A stretch of 64,000 bases of DNA from Basidiobolus meristosporus CBS 931.73 (GCA_002104905.1 MCFE01000414.1:15484-79483), one strand, 5' to 3'; counted from the stretch's first letter, positions 1 through 13,720 are shown. Notes: generated by a model from the letters alone, not told the origin. Program-made: numbers and translations.

Positions 1-3000
1 GCCCTTAATAGTACCTAAGTTATAGACAAATGTCAGGCTTGTAGATACTCTAGAAACAGTCTGGAGTCCGTCGCTCACCTCCACTATTTCCAGCTCTTGT
101 TGGATCAACGCCAAAATCAAAGGATGCGTCACCAATGTCTTTTTCTTTTTCTTGTCCAAGAAAGTGTAGGGGGCTGGCTGATTGATATCCCCACCTGCAT
201 CTATGATGACCTAGGATACAAGAGTTCTATGAGTCTAAATCTGCACAAGCGGAACACGTGCGACCCATACTCACCCTCAAAAAGTTTCGACGCCGGTCGA
301 TCGCGGTACCATCTTGGAAAATACTTCTCATGACAGCATTCTGCTCCATCTTATCAACCTCTGTGCTAGCTAGAGCGCCGTAATTCAGCAATAACTTTAT
401 ACGCAAGTTCAGAATTATTGCTAACACAACTTGGTGAACTAAAAATTCGTTACCTGAAGAAGCGCCATGTTTCGATGACCGGTGGCCATTGATATGATTG
501 ATTCGTGCTTCGACATATCATACATATCCGGCTTCCCACCTTTCGCCAACAGCAGCTGCAAGCCGATCAGCATTAACCCATACAACAAAGCCGCATGACC
601 ACTTACCTTAGCTATCTCCATGTTATTGTCTTTGACTGCATACCATATAGCAGTCTTTCCTTCGCCATCAACTGCATCAAGGTTGGCATTCTTCTCAAGG
701 AAGAATTTGGTGAGGATCACATGTTTGTTGATGGCTGCAAAATGTAAAGGCGTCTGGGAGTTTATATCGGTATGATTAATGTCGATGTCATGCTTCTCAA
801 CCAGTTGAAAGATTTCTTCCGCATACTCTTCCCAGTCGCTAGTTCGGAAAAGAGTTGGCCACGGAGATGGTGGTATCTTTGGGAAACAGAAGGGACTTAC
901 TTGCTGAGGGTACGGAAATTAGCGAGCACGTGATACATGTTCCGGTTGTCTTCATTGATTTCAGTAAATTGTGCAGGCTGAGCCTTCGAAAGCAACATAG
1001 AAGCCAAATGGAATTGTCCTAGAAGAGTATTCAGCACTGGTGTCTCATCTTCCGGAATCACTCAGCTTACCTGCAGATAATGTGTCGCTAATTGCTGCCA
1101 AGAGGTTGATTCCGCAGTCCATAATCTGGTACGCGAGAGGCATGAATGATCTATGCATGGAATAGTAGAAGGTGGAGGTTTTGGAATTGGCTACTTGTGG
1201 CAAACGCATTTCTCCCACACTACGAACACCACTATTTGCCAGCATTATACAATGCTCTACATGCCCGTAGATCAATCCAATTTGGAATGGCGTCAGTCCA
1301 TCGAGGTCTACTACCTCAGTATCCACCTTCCGCTTCAAAAGGGTAGTTGAGCAAGTGAATGCGCCCAGTCTAGCGGAATAGTGCATCGGAGCTCTTCCAA
1401 ATGAATCCTGGATGTCCAATCTCAATTCGTTTTGCTCAAGGAAGTACCTCAGAATGTCAATTGGGTCGTCTTTAGTGTGCTTGAGGTCTTCCTCGGTTTC
1501 CCAAATTTGACATTTATATATCCCGTTAAAGAGGGATGAATCTTCATTGTGCAGTTTCGATGGCTCTTTGGGGTCATCAGGTAGTTTCTGCTGTAGACCC
1601 TCCGATAGCCATGTCTCAAGGGAGTCACTCTCCAATTCGAACTTTCGGACTTTTGAGAGCACTATCTCGCGTTCGCGCTCTTGCTCTTCGATGGATATCC
1701 GCGCTTTATCCATTTTCCGCTTGATTGGGATTGTAAGCTTCATAAACGGAATCTGGTGAGACTTCACGAAAACTAAATGTAAAGGAGTTCGGCCCTGGTA
1801 ATCTTGGGCATTAATATCAGCACCATACTGTAGGAGCAAGCTCTCTATCCTAAAGGATTTGTTGGCTTGTTGACGAGAGTGGTCACAAGTATAATGCAAC
1901 GGGGTCTGATTGTACTGATCGGTTACTCTAGGTGAAGCACCTGCTTCTAGCAAAACCTTTACAATCTTGTAATTCCGGACATTAGAGGCGTGATGTAATA
2001 TCGATAGCCCTAGATTATCTACACATTGAACATTAGCCCCAGTCTGAAGAAGAAGGTGCACCAGATCTGGGTTGTTCTGTTTCACAGCCTCTATCAAAGG
2101 CGTGGAATACGTAGGACTGGAGCGCGTTTGGCTGTGAACATTTGGATCAGCACCACATTTGATTAATAATCGAGCTATTTCCAAATTATTGTTGATGCAC
2201 GCCATGTACAAAGCTGTTTTCTCACTCTTGTTCATGTTGTTGATTCGCAGCAAGTCGCCAGTGGTTCTCGATTCCCCAGCTAATTTGGAAGCAACATCGG
2301 CACCATCGATTAGGAATTTAACCATCCGGGTCTGGTTGAGGTGACTGGCTGAAATCAGTAGTGTATCGCGCACATCATTGATGGTAGAGAAGTTAATGGA
2401 AATTTCCCCGGGATTCTTGCCCAGTATCTTTCCCAGAAGCTTTTCTTGTTGGCTATTAATGATCTGCATTAGAACAGACGTGTTTTTACTGTCGACAACA
2501 TTCAGATCGGATGCTGCATCCAGCAGTATCTATATTGTAGATAGAGATTAAAATCTGACTGGGCCAGCGCTCCAAGTCTTACAAACCTCTGAAGCACGAG
2601 TTCGATTTTGGCTGATTGTCATCATTAAGGCAGACTCCTTACACTTGAAGGTGGTAACACTAAGGGCAGAGCTGATCTTCGATGGCTCCCAGTTTTCCCG
2701 CATATATGATAGTAAAATCTTCAAGGCAGCAGTCTCGGATTGAACGGCGGCAATCATGATGGCTGTCTCGCCAGCACTATTCTGAAGGGAAGGATCGGCT
2801 CCACTATCGGCTAGCACACGGACGGACTCTTGCCATAAATCCTTTTCGGATTGGTAGCTGATCTTCAGGACCTTCTTGACTTCGTCGGTGAGTAGACTCT
2901 CGGGGAGACTCTCTTCGTCCAGGTATGAAGCAAGCATCAGTGGTGTTTGGCAATGGTTGTGTCTCTGTATATGGAGGTTAGGATTGCATCCATTTTGCAA

Positions 3001-6000
3001 CAAGAACCTCAAAGGCTCCGAATCTTGCAGATTTGCTGCAAAATGTAGCAATCCCCATCCAGTTCTGTTAGGCTCCATTTCTAGAGTGGCCTTGGGATGC
3101 TTGAGATGGAAATCTTCAGGTAGTTGGAGCTGGCAATCCATATCGGGCTTCATGGTATTGATGAACTGCTGAGCTTCCTTGATCCAGAAGTCCCATCGAT
3201 AGGTCACTGATTCCTCTCTCACCTTTGGGGTAGAGGATTTGGAGGCTTGTTTATATTCATAACTGTTGATATATTGCTTCAGCTTCTTGACCTTCTCCTT
3301 GAGTTTCTCGTACTGCGCATTGATGGCATGCACAAAAGACAACAGCAAGGGGGTGTATCCATTTTTGTCTACCTTATTCGCCAAACACTTCATACGATCA
3401 TCATTCATTAGCACTTTCCCAATCTCCTGGATAGTGTTCCTTTCAGCGATAATACAGTCATTCCATTCCTGGGGTTCAGGATCCAGCTCATACGACTGAG
3501 ACTCTGCTATTGCTCTCAAATAATAATGCAGAGGGGTTAGCCCGTTTCCGTACGATATATCCCAATAATTGGCACCATTGGTTATCAAGAACTTGATCAT
3601 GTTCTTTCTATCCTTCTCCAAAGCTAACTGCAGCGGAGTTTGTCCAGCGTTGTTCTTCACCTCCATTGGTGCCCCCTTCTCTAATAGCATCTGGGCAATC
3701 TGAGTTTGCAATTTGGCCACCTCTCCATCAGCGAAACGCGCCTCTGCATCGCATGAACCTTCCGTGGGATACTTTCCGACGATGGCATTGATGTTTGACC
3801 CAACTAGTATGTGCAGTGGAGTATCGCCGTTGATGTCTTTGTAAGAAACGTCGCAGTTGCTGTTTCCTAAAAGGGCGGAGATCTTCCTAAGAAGGCGCTC
3901 CGATTCGTATGCCCTATTATCCTTATTAACCCAACGATTGGACGTGTCCTTACCTCTACCTCTAGGGACCAACTTGGATCCAGCATTTTCATCAACGAAA
4001 AACAAGTTGCAGCAGGTGTGAAGAATGGTTCTCCCACTGGTATTCGGGATGTTGATATTGATCTGCGGATTGTTGATGAAGTAGTCGACAATCCGCATGT
4101 GACCCTTTCTATCCGCAATGGACAGGGGTGATGTCTTCCAACTGTTCACAGCATTGGGATCGGCACCCCCCACTTCAACCAACAATTTGGTCAAGGAGAA
4201 CCATCCATATGCAGCTGCATAGTGAAGCGGATTGTTTCCGGAGGTGTCTCCAGCATTTACATCCACCCCACAAACTTGAAGAAGATACGCGGCTATTTCG
4301 TAGTGGCCATTCTTACAAGCAAGATGGATGGGCTTTCTCTTGAACTTGTCATCTTTTTCTGGATCAGCACGTCCGTTTTCCACCAAAACTTTCACTGCCT
4401 CCAGATGGCCCATCTTTACTGCATGGAACAATGGGGTGGCTTTGGTTTCTTTGTCCAACAGGTCTACGCTAGCACCACACTCAAGCAGTGCGGCGATAGT
4501 CTTTGGATGGCCGTAATGGGCAGCAAAGTGAAGGGCGGTCCAGCCTTGGCTCAGTGGAGTAGTGTCGACCACCCCATCACCTAACGCCTCTAGCAACAGC
4601 GGTATTATATGGCTCTTCCCATATTTAGCGCACAACAATAATGGGGTCATCCGGTAATTGTCCATCTTCGTGAGATTAAAACTCTTCTCAATCAAAAATT
4701 TCAATGGCTCCACGCCCTCACAAACAACCGCAAAATGAGCAATGGTCCGGCCCATGCTATCTTCTGTGTTCATTTCTGCAGTAGTCAAAGCATTGCACAG
4801 CTCTCGCAAATACCTGTCATCTGGATTTAATGCGGCCAGCTGCAAGGGATTGATGGAATTATTTCTGGATGCCATTTTAAGAATTTGGTTTCGGCGGTAA
4901 CTGGTCAGAGGTTGGCCATCCTTAGCGCTCAGTACCTCCCTGTGCAGGTGATTAAACCCATAGTCTTCACCTAGCTCACTAACCAAAATGAAGGAAACCT
5001 CTCTATTACCGGCGGCTGCTGCTTCGTAGAGACCGGAGTTTTTCAAGAAAAAGTCGGCTTGCGAGTCGGTAACAAGTAAAAGCTTGGCCATCTCGGTAGT
5101 CAAACTTGAATTGCGAATGGTATGCACCAAAGACTCAATTTCCTCAACGTCCCAGTGTGCCCTCCGTTTATTGTGTACTTCGAAAGGATCGAAATCTATG
5201 CTCTGGTAAAACGCATTGTCTCCCTCTCGATTTCCGCGTGCCTCCTTTACCATACCAACTGCAAATCCCAACGTATATCTGGAGAGATAATTTGCACCAT
5301 TATAGCCCAACCCGTCAGAGCCCGAATTGGGGATACTCGGGGCTATTCTAGATTTAGTTGCCAGAAGCAGGTTACGAACGATCCGGAATTGGTTTCTTTC
5401 CAATGCTATACGCAACGCTGAGTCGTGCGTGACGTCGGGTCTACGGCCATGTCTATAGTCAGTGATGTTTTTTGTGTCATTGTAGACCTCATCAAATAGC
5501 GGTATGTTTGTCAACAAGGGATCGACGGTTCGTGAATCCTTGTCGTCATCATCAAGATCATCCGCAGCAGTGCATGAATTTGAAATTTGGTTATCTTCAG
5601 TCGAGTGGTCCATATCAGAAGTACCCGTGGACAGATCAGGTTCGGCGAAGAAGGCAGCGCGATTGAACTCACGAGAAGCGCATACCATACAACATGATAT
5701 ATCTGGATGGTTAGGCTCGTCAACATTGAAATCAAACCCACTCCATGGGGGGACTTCAATTTTCAGTCGATTCCTGATGCGTTCGTTGACCTCTTGCTCG
5801 TGCTGCATCCTGAGCAATTCGGACTTCTTTGGAGCCTTTACCTTGGGGGACTTCGGAGTCTTTGGAGTCTTCGGGGATTCAGACTTGACTTCACTGCTCT
5901 TACGCTTTCGTGGAGTACTGACTATTTCCTGTGATCCCTCGAGAGGCGCGCTGAGCCTATCTTCCGTTTTGTCCGCCATCTTGCGTTTGTTTCTGGACCT

Positions 6001-6546
6001 CTTCGTGGTGGGTGAACAAACCTCCCAATCGGGGTCCGTAGACCGTTCCTTATGATGGGATCGGCGCTTTTTTTGGGCACCGGGTTGGAGCTCCTCCTTC
6101 CAGTTGCTAATCAAACTTTGATCCAAGATGTTCTCCTCCGGCTCCCAAGAATCGTCATCCGAGTCATAGCCGGTCCACTTCACCCGGTAGTATGTGACTC
6201 CCTGGTTCTCGGTTAGAGTCCACACTATTGGACGGCCACGTGCCAAAAATACTTCTTACCTCCTCCACCTTGGAATCTACAATTGCCTCAGCAACGTAAA
6301 TATCGTCGTCCTCGTCGCTGCTGAGACAGTTCGTAGCCCCGTCGTTTTCATGAAAACGGCCGGTATCTGTAAAGAAACAGGTGTTGAGTTGAAGAGGGGA
6401 CACAAGGCAGGAACGAAGCCAGGCTAACCATCGGCATCCTCCAGATAACCACTTGTGGTTTTGATCAGGGCGGGGGTGGTGATGGCGAGTTTTTTGTTCT
6501 GGCTCCGTAAAGGATAGGATTTGGTTGTGGTGATGTCGATGCTCAT
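1..6546 (-). CDS. Large multi-exon chromodomain + ankyrin-repeat protein, 3' end off the left edge; resembles ankyrin/PME-5-type tankyrase-like PARPs
   Basis: ATG at 6546. Splicing of GT-AG introns rebuilds a full chromodomain (YVAEAIVDSKVEE|GVTYYRVKWTGYDSDDDSWEPEENIL). A K/R and S/TPxK-rich linker follows, then many ankyrin repeats (GWTALHFAAHYGH, GNNPLHYAAAYGW, GQTPLQLALE, YSTPLIEAVKQNN) across ORFs 2548-6246, 1045-2469, 439-720 and 227-427. The frame is still open at position 1. Confidence 0.85.
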
Positions 6547-7319
6547 GATCCTGTTGGAAACAAATCAGAGAGCCACCAACTCTTTTATATAGGTTGCAAT
6601 ACCGCTAGAAATCAACCGCAGGTCGAGCAACTGCCAAATTGCGGCAGGCTGAGGAAATAATACAGTCGATGTGGCTCAACTCTGATTAAGGGTGGTATTT
6701 ATCAAATTGGGCCACGATGGTGACTGCTCCCAAATAGGTAGTCTCAGCCTAATTAATATGGACGTGGAAGCCATTAAGAAGCACCCAAGAAGTAGTACAT
6801 CGCTGATATGCAGCAATCACATTTGAGCTGGTTCCAAGCGTGCACCATGCCTGATATTCACGACAGATTGAAATATCGAATACCGGGTCTGCCCAATTTG
6901 GACGCAATTAGGTAGCATCAAGATTAATCAAGTAGTCACCAAGTTGTACGTTCATGTGCACGGTATTTAGGTGAGCGAATCAGGCATCTACCCTATTCAA
7001 TACACTCCAATTTCCCCACCGAGCAGTTAATCTGGAAGCGAATTAAAATCGGGGTTGAAGCGAGTGACACCGTAGGAATTGATGGTAAATCCATCCTATT
7101 GACCGACAGTGGTGAAACAATTAGTATCCAAGGTGGCACCAACGACTGCAATGGCCAGTGTACACGTTGGTGAAGTTTGAGGGTAGTGAGTCCTTATGTT
7201 CCATTGACCCTGTAGAGATATTATTGTACAAGCAAGTGCAGATAGCATCCCAGGATAGTTTAATAACCCTCCATCGACCAGCAACGCTATTTATTAACTC
7301 ACATTCTAAACCTCAATCA

Positions 7320-7860
7320 GGCATTTAGTGGGATGTGACTCCATGGTTTGGTGAGCATACATGCATACATACACAGATACATACTGATTTGAGTCCTCCG
7401 ACACCATTCCTTTGCGTGATTTTCACACTTAAGAAACTCCAATAAAGGGAAGTGCACCTCTCTTGCATCACACAAGCGGCCATCTCCAGAGGAGAACCTG
7501 GAAGAGAGAGCTTACAACAAGCAGCTCCATAAATTGATGGAGCCTCTCCAGGCAGGTGGCCTGTGCTCTCCTGTGGACCGCTATATGTATGTATGCATAA
7601 GGCCAATCATTGCATGATGCAGGGCTGCACTTATTGCTACATATGGGCATTGGAGGAATATTTGTGCTCTAAGGTTAGAGTGGATCTCACAACCATAGAC
7701 TGCGGCCAGGTGGTGGACACATAGCTGGACAGTGTGGTCAGAGTATATTGGCACAATGGACCAAGTTGTGGTAATTATATACCATTCAAATCTATACAGG
7801 TAGGGCCTTGCTTGCAGGCATGCCAACCCATATGCTGTAGGACCTGAGTTGCTTTGATAG
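7320..7860 (-). mobile_element. Degenerate CpG-poor fragment, possibly the 3' part of a LINE ORF2
   Basis: CpG-depleted patch with broken frames such as IKATQVLQHMGWHACKQGP and GCEIHSNLRAQIFLQCP. These loosely resemble the LINE RT thumb and C-terminal Cys/His region; the resemblance is weak. Confidence 0.3.
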
Positions 7861-8449
7861 AATCCTCAGGATCAAGTAATTGTTGGGTAAGTCATGATTA
7901 CCAAACCGTGGGCCGTCTCACAGAATGATTTTGGGGGGTGGGAACTGCCTCTATAGTGTGTAATTTGGATCCTCGTGAAACACCTTACACAGCATCTGAG
8001 GTGGTAAGCATCAGGCTGACTAGGTATAGCAATACTTCAGTAGATGTATCATCCCCAGTCGATGTTTCAAAAGGGATCCGTAGGCTGAATCGAGTAGCCA
8101 GTAGTTTAGCATTTCCAAACCCCTTGTCCATCGCTGTACGATTGTATACAGGTAGAAACCAGTTTAGGGATGGTGCAAGCGAGCACGATAGATAGGCGGT
8201 GGTTCGACTCGCAGAAACTAGGGCCACCTTCGCTTTGGTATCCAGAAAATCAGTCAACAGCGCTGTATAGCTAGTGTCAGTACCTGGCTCTCAGAGAAGA
8301 TTAGAGACGGATGTTAATAGGTATATAGAATTAAGCATCACGCGATTCGAATTGACAAATGCTTAATTTATTGAAATATGTACCATAATAAAACTATTTG
8401 AAATCTAACAATTGGGTATTTACTACAAGGTTCAGCGAATCTTCGGCAT

Positions 8450-9137
8450 TCAACAGAAAGTGCGGCAAAATGGGGCGAAGCGATAGCCTGTCGAATTCAA
8501 CACACTGGAAGAGTTGCACTTATCAAGAGCGGGCTCATCCGATATGTGGGCCATGCTGAAGTGCTTCAAGAGGGTGGATTTCTTGCGGAAACTGTATACG
8601 CGACCGGATTCGAATTAGATGCAGAACATTGATAAGATCTTCGCAAAAAGACATTACCTCTTGCTGCAGCTAGAGAAGTGGCACTGGTATGGACGGTCTC
8701 CTGCGTGGATTCGCCGATGGCGGCTGAGCGAGCTGCTGTCACTAAACGATTTTAAGCAGCCCTCCCATGAGCACTGGAACGGTCGCTCGCCAGAATGGGT
8801 GCGCATGTGGATGGTCAGCGAGGATTTCTGATGGCAAGGTAGCTCAGTCATTGTACGATGGATTGATGCAGGCCTGTAGCGCACCTACCTGTATAAAACT
8901 TTGACCGCAACCAGACTCGGTACAAATGAACGGCCTGAAAAACAAAGAAAGCTCAGGATCAGCTGCTGGAAAACGGAACTGCCCTGCTTGACGGCATTAC
9001 CTCTCGTTTGTGTGAATTCTGTGATGTCTTAGCAGATCCGCCCTTCTCTTGAAGGCCTTCTTGCAGCCAACCCAGAGGCACGAGTACACCCGTTCCTCCG
9101 CTGCTTGTACAGGGTTGATCAAATCCAGAATATCCAT
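8450..9137 (-). CDS. C2H2 zinc-finger transcription factor (4 fingers, 4 exons)
   Basis: Spliced protein: MDILDLINP...[114 protein letters not shown]...*. It has TGEKP-like linkers and three GT-AG introns. Confidence 0.92.
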
Positions 9138-9999
9138 GTGTGGGGTCGATAGACTTTGTTGGTGGTGTAGAGAGAATGTCAGAGGAAGGTAGACTCTCGG
9201 GACCAAAATGATCGCAGAGTTGCTAGTAAATGTGTGATGAATGCCGGCACCGATAGCGATGACATGCTTATAAATCGTGCTCGAACCATCTGTATTCATC
9301 CATCCACTCCCTAAAGAATCAAATGTCTACTTGGGTGCCACTAGTATCACCTATCCATGATGTGCCTATGGTCAATACCCCTTTTTCCGTCTTGATTGTG
9401 GTTTCAATCAGGACCGGCCTCCCTAACAGTTGATATTGGATCCCCAGATGCACGATCCGCTTTGTTTGCTGGAAACCTGATGGCGTATCATGCAAACAGA
9501 GATCCATTCCTGATGTAGATAAGCCATACAGCCAATCAGCCGCCTCGGAGGCCCCTTTGCTGTCAATCCATTGAGTTGCCCAGCATTGCTTGAGACACGA
9601 TCCAAACTCTCCAAGGTTGCTGATGAAGCTAGGCGGTCTGATCTCAGGCCTTCCGAGACAGCTTGGAGCAGTAAATGGCAGAGTTTCACAGCAGAATACT
9701 CCGCCATGTGCTCGCCAACCAGTCAAACGCCATGGGACCTCTGATTCTTGTCCGGATGAGGATTACCATGGTCCCTGCACAAGGATTCCACTGCAATATG
9801 TCCTTTGACCGTACTATGATTGATTTAGCAGGTGCCTAGCCAAATAAAGCTACATCGAAATCCGGAGGCTCACATCAAGTGCACGCACCATTTCCATGCT
9901 ACGAGCCCACCGAATAACCACCTCACTCACTCCATTTGCCAACTGGGGACAGTGGCGGGTCAATGAAATGCTCCAAGCCTTCACTCATTGATTATAGCT

Positions 10000-11450
10000 A
10001 ATGTCTCTGACCCCAAGACTGGACCAACTACTTCACGGATGGTCAATTACCATCAAACAGCCGAGTCTCCTGAATGATTCCGAAGCAAGTTGGCCAACGC
10101 CCTCACATTGGGACTGTATCCAGTAAAGGCAGTCCAAGATCTTCATGTACGGTATCGGCGATGCTCAGCCCAAATCTAGAACAAACTTACCGATGTTTGT
10201 GATGATCAGAGAGTAACATTGATGAAACCGGCTGTGACGGGGGTGTAAAAGGACCTGAGAAGAATGGCTGAAGCCAATGTGCCACTCCTAACGGATTTTT
10301 TATGCATGCGTGCTTGTGGAATGGAGCGAGCCTAGTCCAGGAGCCGGTTGCTACGTAGAGTCCGAGTACGCACAGCTCTACTACAATCAACCCGCATGAC
10401 AACCCAGCCTCAGACCCTCGACAACATAGAACGAACCAGACATATCCAACCTGAGCCATAAGAAAGTCGGTATCAATTACCGTTGCTGACCACCCTGGTG
10501 CCCCGAGGTGGTGAGGGGATGGATTACTCTTGGGGCTGGTGCTGCCGACAAAGAGCCAAGCCGATGTGGTCGGGCCACGGCAATCATTGTCACGTGTCTG
10601 CATCAGTTTTGAGTGCAGGCCAGCTAATTTGGAGCACCTGTAACATCGGGATGGTCCTCTGATGGACACCGTAAATGTGATATAATAGCACATAGGCTGG
10701 CTGTAATTCGCGTTGGATCTGGTGGCCACATATATTAGTGTGTCCTGAGCGTCTCTCACTCCGGCCTAGCCGAAACTTCGCTTGAGCCATTACTGGTTCC
10801 TACAACACAGGAGATGTACCGCCTATAGCTATGTACAAGGTTTGAACTGGGCACACCATTGACCGCAATCAAGACGGGACAGCCGGAATCCAGAGACAGC
10901 AATACACTGGGCTTTGCGACCATTGAATCTGGAGCACGGACGGATTTCCTGAAGAATCAGCTGGGTGCTTTACAAGCATACCCACATATCAGACATTCAA
11001 GCTTCAAACCAGGTGCTTGCATATGGATGGCATCATCGAAATGAGCACTGCTCATCGGACATGGGCACATGGAGGATGAATCCTGATCTTCACCCATTGC
11101 TACATGAGGAGAGGATTCAGCTGGGTAGCACCTGTACTACTAGACGACATTCTGCTTGGCGATTCTATTACGCATATCGATGCAACGGATGGCCACATCC
11201 GCATATCCTTGGCTAGTATTCTTTGCTGCTTAGTAATCGTCCGGCTAGAGGCGATTGATTCGACGTATTTGACAGACCGATATTTTACTCCCCAATTTCC
11301 AATGGAGCATGTGCGCGACAACTTCATTTTTAACCCAACTTGAAATATTCCACTCCCAGCAACATGGTATGGAGGTAAGAATAGCCGGAACCAGCCATGA
11401 GTGATAGGAGTACTTGCTTGAATTCAACGGATCCAAATATGCTAAAGTCT
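10000..11450 (+). pseudogene. Possible degenerate Crypton-like tyrosine-recombinase relic
   Basis: Collinear fragments in shifting frames resemble fungal Crypton YR motifs: WTNYFTDGQL, LLTDFLCMR, EPSRCGRATAIIV, FGA..(R)HRD, RFELG, HSSFKPGA, G.W...HCY. There are many stops and frameshifts. Confidence 0.35.
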
Positions 11451-13290
11451 TGAGCGTTTTCCGAGCCATTCATGGTCAACACATCAAGAAGCAAGTTCCA
11501 TTAAACCCTTTGGGAGAACCCATTACATGAAAGGCCAACTATATATATATATATATGCTTTAAACACATCCATCCAATCCCTGCAGGTTGACCGAAATTC
11601 CTCTTCCACCTCGTACTTGGCATGCAGCTTAGATGGATAATTAAAGCATGCCTGCGGAACTTGTCTATCGCCCAACCAAGAAGCGCGAGCATAAAGGTTA
11701 TCAGCTGCTCAAAAGCACCGAGACAAGCTTCCATGAACTATCGTTGAGTTGAGAAGAATGGTTTGCAAGTTTTTGAGTAGCATTGCGATTCGCTGAAGGG
11801 CTGGCTAAGCTTGGAAAGATATTGCACAGCACAAATCGGCCAATGCTTATTCAAGCACATAATGCAATAAATGTTGGTTTATTGGCAGTTGAGTAGGGGC
11901 GTGAAAGTTTTCTGAAATTGTTAAGAGTGTGTTTTCGCTTGGTTTCTTAAGCAGAGGCGTTTTTTGTACTTGGTAATGCTACACAAATAATTTGTGGAAG
12001 GCCATGTCCGAAACGTGGTTAGATATATATATACGATTAGCTAGCTCGGCACCGGAATTACTCAAATTACATCGGTTGTACTTAGCCAATCACTGGAATC
12101 TTGACTATTCTACTGAGATTTAGTTCGCATTACGGATTCTGTACACTATAGAATTAGGGAAAATTGCCAAGGACTCAATTCATGTCCAGAAGACCCCAAA
12201 CTTGACACTGTTTCCTGATGCTATTCTCAAGAAGGTTTATTACCACATCACCGTAGCTCCACGCAAAGTACGAATATTCATTTCTACTCCAGAAATCAGT
12301 TGGTGAAGGCCGCACTTTCACCTAAAAAGTTCAAATCGTATCCCAGAGGAAATCGTACTGTAGAGCTCACATAAATCAGGCGTAGCAGGGGTTTCTTTCC
12401 ATCTCTGGATCCCGTTCTCTTACTCACATACGCTAAGCCAAGCCAGGCTCTACTGCCGATAAGGGAAGCACAGGATTGAGTGCCATGTTCCTGCATGTCT
12501 TTTGTACAATTGTAGAGTAGTGTGGCCCAAGTTTTTTCTGACCGCCAAACTACACTTCGGTATTTCTTATTCCTACGTAAAGGATATTCACCCTAGAATA
12601 TCTAAAGATGGCCACTTATATTGTTCTGCAGATATGGAGACGCTTGCCATCATCAAGGTTGAAAATGGCAAGTCCTAGGTGACAACAAAATACAAGGAGG
12701 TATGCCACTTTCAATACTAAGCCTTAAATCCGGCAAACATTAGGTATGGTCGGTATTAATTTACTCTAAATAGATTCGCACTTCTCGAAATCAGTTTCAA
12801 AGATATCGTCGTAGCTTTATTACGTATTTCTCAGAATTGCGGCAAGTGACAGCATGTTAACGTCAAATACCGACCACAAGTTAAGAAAGTTACGTTTTTG
12901 ATATTTCCGTGGTAGAAAGTAGAGTATCGGTATGGTACGGTATTCCAAGAATTGTGGCGGAAAAGTGCGATCCAGTTGATCGCCCAATAAGAGTTTTTAA
13001 ATCATGGAGGTATATTTATTAATCCGGATGCTGATCTAACTCTAGTCCATAAATAATTCCAATACAAATAAACTAGCCTTTTACAGTTGTAGACTCCCAC
13101 CGCCTCCTGGTGTAGTCGATGTATCTATATATTCATCAGATTACTCCATGTATTGATCAACAAAACAATATCATTCCGTAGCCACCTCGATTTTTGATGC
13201 TGTTTACTGAGGTGGATATGAGCCATTACAATGGTTTACAATCTTTGGGTTGTAAAGGCCCATAAACCAGGGAAAATATACTGGCATTGC

Positions 13291-13720
13291 GCTGAGGCAC
13301 AATCCTAATTTTGTTGAGACACACACTAAGCCAAAAGGTTCAGTAAACTTTAATTTTATTTTCCTGATCAAGTTGAATTAGTAAGTGCCAAGAGACTGGA
13401 CTAATTGAAATCTGTTGGGGTGTTCATAGAAGCATAAGATAAATGAGAAATTGTATAATTGATCAGCTGATGTCTTGGCAACTGCTGAGTGGTTGGATAG
13501 ATCTCAGATGACTAATCACTTGGAAAGGTTTAGCAGATCAGCTGAGAACAAATTGACCACATCAAAATTGATCAGGTGTGACAGCTAAAAATAGATCCTG
13601 AGAAGTGATAAAATAAACCATCACTGGGATTAGTTATGTTTGGGTTAGGAAAAATCAGTTAAGGTATTAGACTTTCTAACAGAGTAAAATAGGCTAAGTT
13701 TTAAATATTGATGCACAACA
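13291..13720 (-). repeat. About 430-bp dispersed copy of the 5' terminal segment of the telomere-abutting element (homologous to 63212-63640)
   Basis: Direct collinear similarity by eye over the whole length. Both copies end at exactly ...GATGCACAACA. This copy abuts the interior of the copia LTR at 13721. Confidence 0.9.

Noticed and set aside
2876-6055. Many plus-strand ORFs overlapping the ankyrin gene (similarly within ATR, HMMR, WEE1 and YeiH)
   Set aside because: These are antisense shadows of well-supported minus-strand coding sequence.
7248-7284. LVDGGLLNYP resembling the patatin DGG motif
   Set aside because: No GxSxG or glycine-rich loop was found in any nearby frame; it is an isolated short match.
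8201-8212. GGTTCGACTC tRNA T-loop-like motif
   Set aside because: The flanks do not form a T-stem, acceptor stem or D-arm. No tRNA, rRNA or snRNA gene was recognised in the window.
11540-11556. (TA)8 microsatellite
   Set aside because: An ordinary short tandem repeat.
12747-12876. 11-bp inverted repeat TGGTCGGTATT/AATACCGACCA about 110 bp apart
   Set aside because: It is short, with no TSD and no second copy in the window; insufficient to call a MITE.
13312-13720. Apparent solo LTR TGTTG...CAACA of 409 bp
   Set aside because: There is no TSD, homology to the telomeric copy extends 21 bp beyond the TG, and the other copy has CGTTG there. The TG is probably a deaminated CpG rather than an LTR start.
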